This document shows, one piece after another, positions 60,425 through 63,114 of a stretch of DNA of 63,114 nt (positions are counted from its first letter, which is position 1; every line of letters starts with the position of its first letter). The stretch spans positions 1 through 63,114 of the forward strand of contig JACPJV010000009.1 of the NCBI GenBank assembly GCA_016187395.1, read 5' to 3'. The notes beneath the pieces were generated by a model that saw nothing but the letters and a program-made list of their open reading frames with translations, had not been told where the DNA came from and ran no database searches. Origin of the DNA: Candidatus Aenigmatarchaeota archaeon. Lineage in GTDB: Archaea > Aenigmatarchaeota > Aenigmatarchaeia > GW2011-AR5 > JACRAC01. The position numbers and the translations under genes are program-made.

Positions 60425-61420
60425 TTACAGAACCATCCACATGTTTCCTCCATCCGTCGTCTTAAGAACAAGTCCGGACTCGTCTACCGCATATACTACG
60501 CCTGGACTGGATGGATTTATCGCAATGCCTGCGATCGGACCCCTTCCATCGAGCTTTCTCCAGCTTGCGCCTTCGTCGGTGCTCTTGAATATGCCGTCTT
60601 TTGTCCCTGCATAGAGCGTGCGCAGATCTGCCTGCACGTTTGCCAAGGCAAATATGGTGGAATCGTCAAATTCTTCTGTTACCTTTGTCCAGCCGCAGAA
60701 GCAGCTGAAGCTGCTGTAGAGACCGCCGCTCGTTCCTGCAAGCAGCAGCCCCCAGTTATCCCAGCCCATGGATTTATCCATGGATGTCTGCACAGCTAGG
60801 TAGCCGAGAGAGCGCACGCCCGGATTCTCAGGTCCGTCATCCATGCGCTTCCATGTTTTACCGCCGTCTGTTGAGCGGAAAACCCCGTAGCCGACAGAGT
60901 ATGCAAGATGTAAATCTGGATTGCGCTGGTTTATGGTAAAGCCGTGTATATCTGTCCCGCTTATACCTGAATCCCATCTTACCCATGTATTCCCTCCATC
61001 AGTGCTTTTTATTACCCCCAGATCGTGCCCGCCCGCATAGATTATATTTTCATCCCGCGGATCTAAAACAAGGCTCATGAAGTCGCCCGCATTGACGTCT
61101 CCGCGCACGTCAACCTTTGCCCATGTAGCGCCCTCATCCATGCTCCTGTAGAGCCCGTTGTGTGAGCCCATAAGCAGCACGCGGCTTTCCGGCAGCAGCG
61201 CAAGTGCATGAACATGTCCGTAAGTACCGCTTGCCGCAGCTTCGCTGCCAGATTCAGATTGCGTCCCTGGCGCTGTAGTTTGTATGGCTGTGTTTCCAGT
61301 TATGCCTGGCTGCAGCACTGCCATCGTGCCGATCCCGGCCGCAGCCCCGACAGCCAGCGCCGCAATCGTGACAATAAGAATTAGCGAACTCTTTTTCATC
61401 GAAGTCCTTTCCTCTTCCAT
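60425..61420 (-). CDS. secreted BNR/Asp-box beta-propeller protein
   Basis: Repeated S/T-x-D-G-G-x-T-W boxes (DEGATWAKV, DGGNTWVRW, DGGKTWKRM, DEGASWRKL, DGGNMW) after an N-terminal TM. Confidence 0.7.
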   Translation of the reverse strand: MEEERTSMKKSSLILIVTIAALAVGAAAGIGTMAVLQPGITGNTAIQTTAPGTQSESGSEAAASGTYGHVHALALLPESRVLLMGSHNGLYRSMDEGATWAKVDVRGDVNAGDFMSLVLDPRDENIIYAGGHDLGVIKSTDGGNTWVRWDSGISGTDIHGFTINQRNPDLHLAYSVGYGVFRSTDGGKTWKRMDDGPENPGVRSLGYLAVQTSMDKSMGWDNWGLLLAGTSGGLYSSFSCFCGWTKVTEEFDDSTIFALANVQADLRTLYAGTKDGIFKSTDEGASWRKLDGRGPIAGIAINPSSPGVVYAVDESGLVLKTTDGGNMWMVL

Positions 61421-61452
61421 TTCATCACCAAGTATTACAACATATGTAAGGC

Positions 61453-62187
61453 TTAGAATTTAAATGCGTTAATCTTTGCCCTTGCCGAGTTGATATGCCT
61501 TTTTGTTTCCTGCACCTTTGCCGCATATCTATCCGCCAAGGCCTCCTCATTCCCGGATTCGCCGAAAGCGCGGAAGAGGGTGAACGGCGATAATTTCATA
61601 AGCAGCGAGGAGAAGCGGAGGGCTGAAGCGCGCGACTTAAGGTGATGTATTTCATGCAAGAGCACTGCTTCCAGCTCCTTTCTGCTGAGTATATCCAGAA
61701 GTCCTGCTGAAACAAAGATAGCGGAACGCGCTGTGCTGAAGGCTCTCGGAAATGCGCCGTCGAGGAGGAATATTCTTGGCTTTTTCATTCCATTTTTCTT
61801 TGCATGCCTCCCGGCAAAACTTCTCATCCACCTTGGGGCATTAATGCTATTCCGCATGTAGAAGCCCGGGATAATCACAAAGCCTGCAAGAGCGGCGAGC
61901 AGCAGGGTGCTTGGCAGCGAGTAAGCCACCAGGTGGGACACATCGGAATAGCATGCGCTGCAGCCGACGCCGCAGCCGAAATTGGTAAAGAGCATAACGG
62001 GTGTGAAAAAGAGGGAGGCAAGATGCAGGTATATCAGCCCTATCTTGCCCTTTGCAGATGGGGTGGCCTTCTTCAGCACAATGAAGCTGACTGCTGCTAT
62101 TGACAGTGCTAAAAGGGCTAACGGCACCTTCATATCAGGCGTAAAGCCCTGAAAGCAGCCGAGTATCAGGGGGGAAAAATCTGCCAT
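61453..62187 (-). CDS. BlaR1/M56-like membrane metalloprotease (sensor-less, short)
   Basis: Four TM helices, then LLHEIHHLKSR (HExxH). It sits directly downstream of a BlaI-family gene. Confidence 0.65.
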   Translation of the reverse strand: MADFSPLILGCFQGFTPDMKVPLALLALSIAAVSFIVLKKATPSAKGKIGLIYLHLASLFFTPVMLFTNFGCGVGCSACYSDVSHLVAYSLPSTLLLAALAGFVIIPGFYMRNSINAPRWMRSFAGRHAKKNGMKKPRIFLLDGAFPRAFSTARSAIFVSAGLLDILSRKELEAVLLHEIHHLKSRASALRFSSLLMKLSPFTLFRAFGESGNEEALADRYAAKVQETKRHINSARAKINAFKF

Positions 62188-62196
62188 ATTATCACG

Positions 62197-62601
62197 CTAT
62201 TCTGCTCTCTTCTTTTTCCTGGAAAACCGCCCATTGAAATAAGAAACAGCGGTATGGCCGAAGCGGTCAAGGAGCCTTTCGACAACCGCGTCCATGACTG
62301 AAAGCTCGAAATCCCTTTGTGACAAAAGGGGCGAATAAATATAATGACTTCCTCCCCTTCCCTGCGCTATCTCGCGCCCAACAAGCCTTTTCTTATGGAG
62401 CCGGTCCAGAATAACGGCTACGGATGTCAGAGCGATTTTTTTCATGCGGAGCTTTGCATGCACGTGACGCACGCGTATTCCGCCATCATAGCGCCACAAT
62501 ACCCTGATAACATCGTGTTCCAGAGGGCTCAGCGTATGGATATCACGACCTATGCGTATGCGCGGGATAGAAATCTTGGCACTGCGTTCAATCTTAGGCA
62601 T
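62197..62601 (-). CDS. BlaI/MecI/CopY-family transcriptional repressor
   Basis: LSPLEHDVIRVLW...VRHVHAKL...TSVAVILDRLHKKRLVGRE wHTH. ATG at 62601. The track ORF starts at TTG 62622. Confidence 0.75.
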   Translation of the reverse strand: MPKIERSAKISIPRIRIGRDIHTLSPLEHDVIRVLWRYDGGIRVRHVHAKLRMKKIALTSVAVILDRLHKKRLVGREIAQGRGGSHYIYSPLLSQRDFELSVMDAVVERLLDRFGHTAVSYFNGRFSRKKKRAE

Positions 62602-62618
62602 AAGTATGATACAATGAA

Positions 62619-63114
62619 TCAAACCCTTGCAAGCTGCTGCTCGATTGCCTGGCTCAGTGCAGAATAAGGCTGCGCTCCGACAACGCTCACATACCCGATG
62701 TCATCGTTGCCTATGATAAAGGTCGGAGTTCCGCTGACACCGGCAGCAGCGCCATCGCTGAAATCCAAGTCTATCTTGCCCTGATACTTGCTTGAGTCAA
62801 AGCAGCCGTCGAATTGCGCTGCATCCAGACCTAGATCAACTGCCCACTGCTTCACCGTTTCATCGCCGACGTACGGCACGGTTCCTGAACCAACCTTCTC
62901 CTGCTCTTCAAATATTTTGTCATGCATCTCCTCCCCCCTGCCCTGCTCCGCAGCGCATTCAAACGCATTCGCGTAAGGCCCGGCTCCCTCGTGGAAACTT
63001 AATGGAAAGTGCTTATAGACGAACAAAACCTTGCCGCTGTCAACATAATTTTGTAAAATTTGCTGATGAGAGGCTGTAAAGTATCTTCGGCAGAACGGGC
63101 ACTGGAAATCGCTG
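62619..63114 (-). CDS. DsbA-like thiol:disulfide oxidoreductase (5' end outside window)
   Basis: The reverse strand of 63027-63114 reads SDFQCPFCRRYF (CPFC active site) in frame with the track ORF. C-terminal GTPTFIIG is a cis-Pro loop-like motif. Confidence 0.75.
   Translation of the reverse strand, partial: SDFQCPFCRRYFTASHQQILQNYVDSGKVLFVYKHFPLSFHEGAGPYANAFECAAEQGRGEEMHDKIFEEQEKVGSGTVPYVGDETVKQWAVDLGLDAAQFDGCFDSSKYQGKIDLDFSDGAAAGVSGTPTFIIGNDDIGYVSVVGAQPYSALSQAIEQQLARV

Noticed and set aside
1-63114. tRNA, rRNA, SRP RNA or RNase P RNA genes
   Set aside because: I scanned intergenic regions by eye for T-arm GTTCGAATC-like boxes, cloverleaf ends and RNase P CR-I/CR-V strings and found none. 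A proper tRNAscan/Infernal run is still needed.

Overview
Archaeal chromosomal window. It carries aEF-2, aEF-1alpha, aIF5B, aIF2-gamma, uS10, eS6, eL15, RNase P Rpp30/Pop5, Cbf5 and an EndoQ-like nuclease. About 110 short, tightly packed genes use a mix of leaderless and Shine-Dalgarno starts. The many ORFans and thin metabolism suggest a small-genome, possibly DPANN-like lineage, which is inference only. I saw no rRNA, tRNA, CRISPR array, transposase or integrase. Five toxin-antitoxin pairs sit among the core translation genes. Main observations: (1) Three integrase-less cassettes of 0.53-0.71 kb (two TA modules and an AlaE-like exporter) each follow a gene's stop codon and are bounded by a second copy of that gene's 3' end. 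The host genes are aEF-2, uS10 and an ORFan. In two cases the copies differ only by synonymous changes. (2) A family of hairpin-array repeats lies just after stop codons or in leaders at 8 or more loci, with conserved linkers and covarying stems. (3) The 49.5-63.1 kb region is a copA-centred island with two convergent operons. They encode Cys-motif membrane and secreted proteins, a Met/His-rich protein, PCYCGC-like proteins, Cys-rich micropeptides, a PadR-TRASH regulator, a BlaI/BlaR1-like pair and a DsbA-like protein. This is my best candidate for an undescribed extracytoplasmic copper/thiol system. (4) Paralogous ORFans flank aIF2-gamma. (5) There are two B12-type radical SAM loci, one with a Cx6Cx2C motif. 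(6) A porG-D-A-like cluster has no beta subunit in the window. All family calls come from motif recognition by eye. No database search was run.
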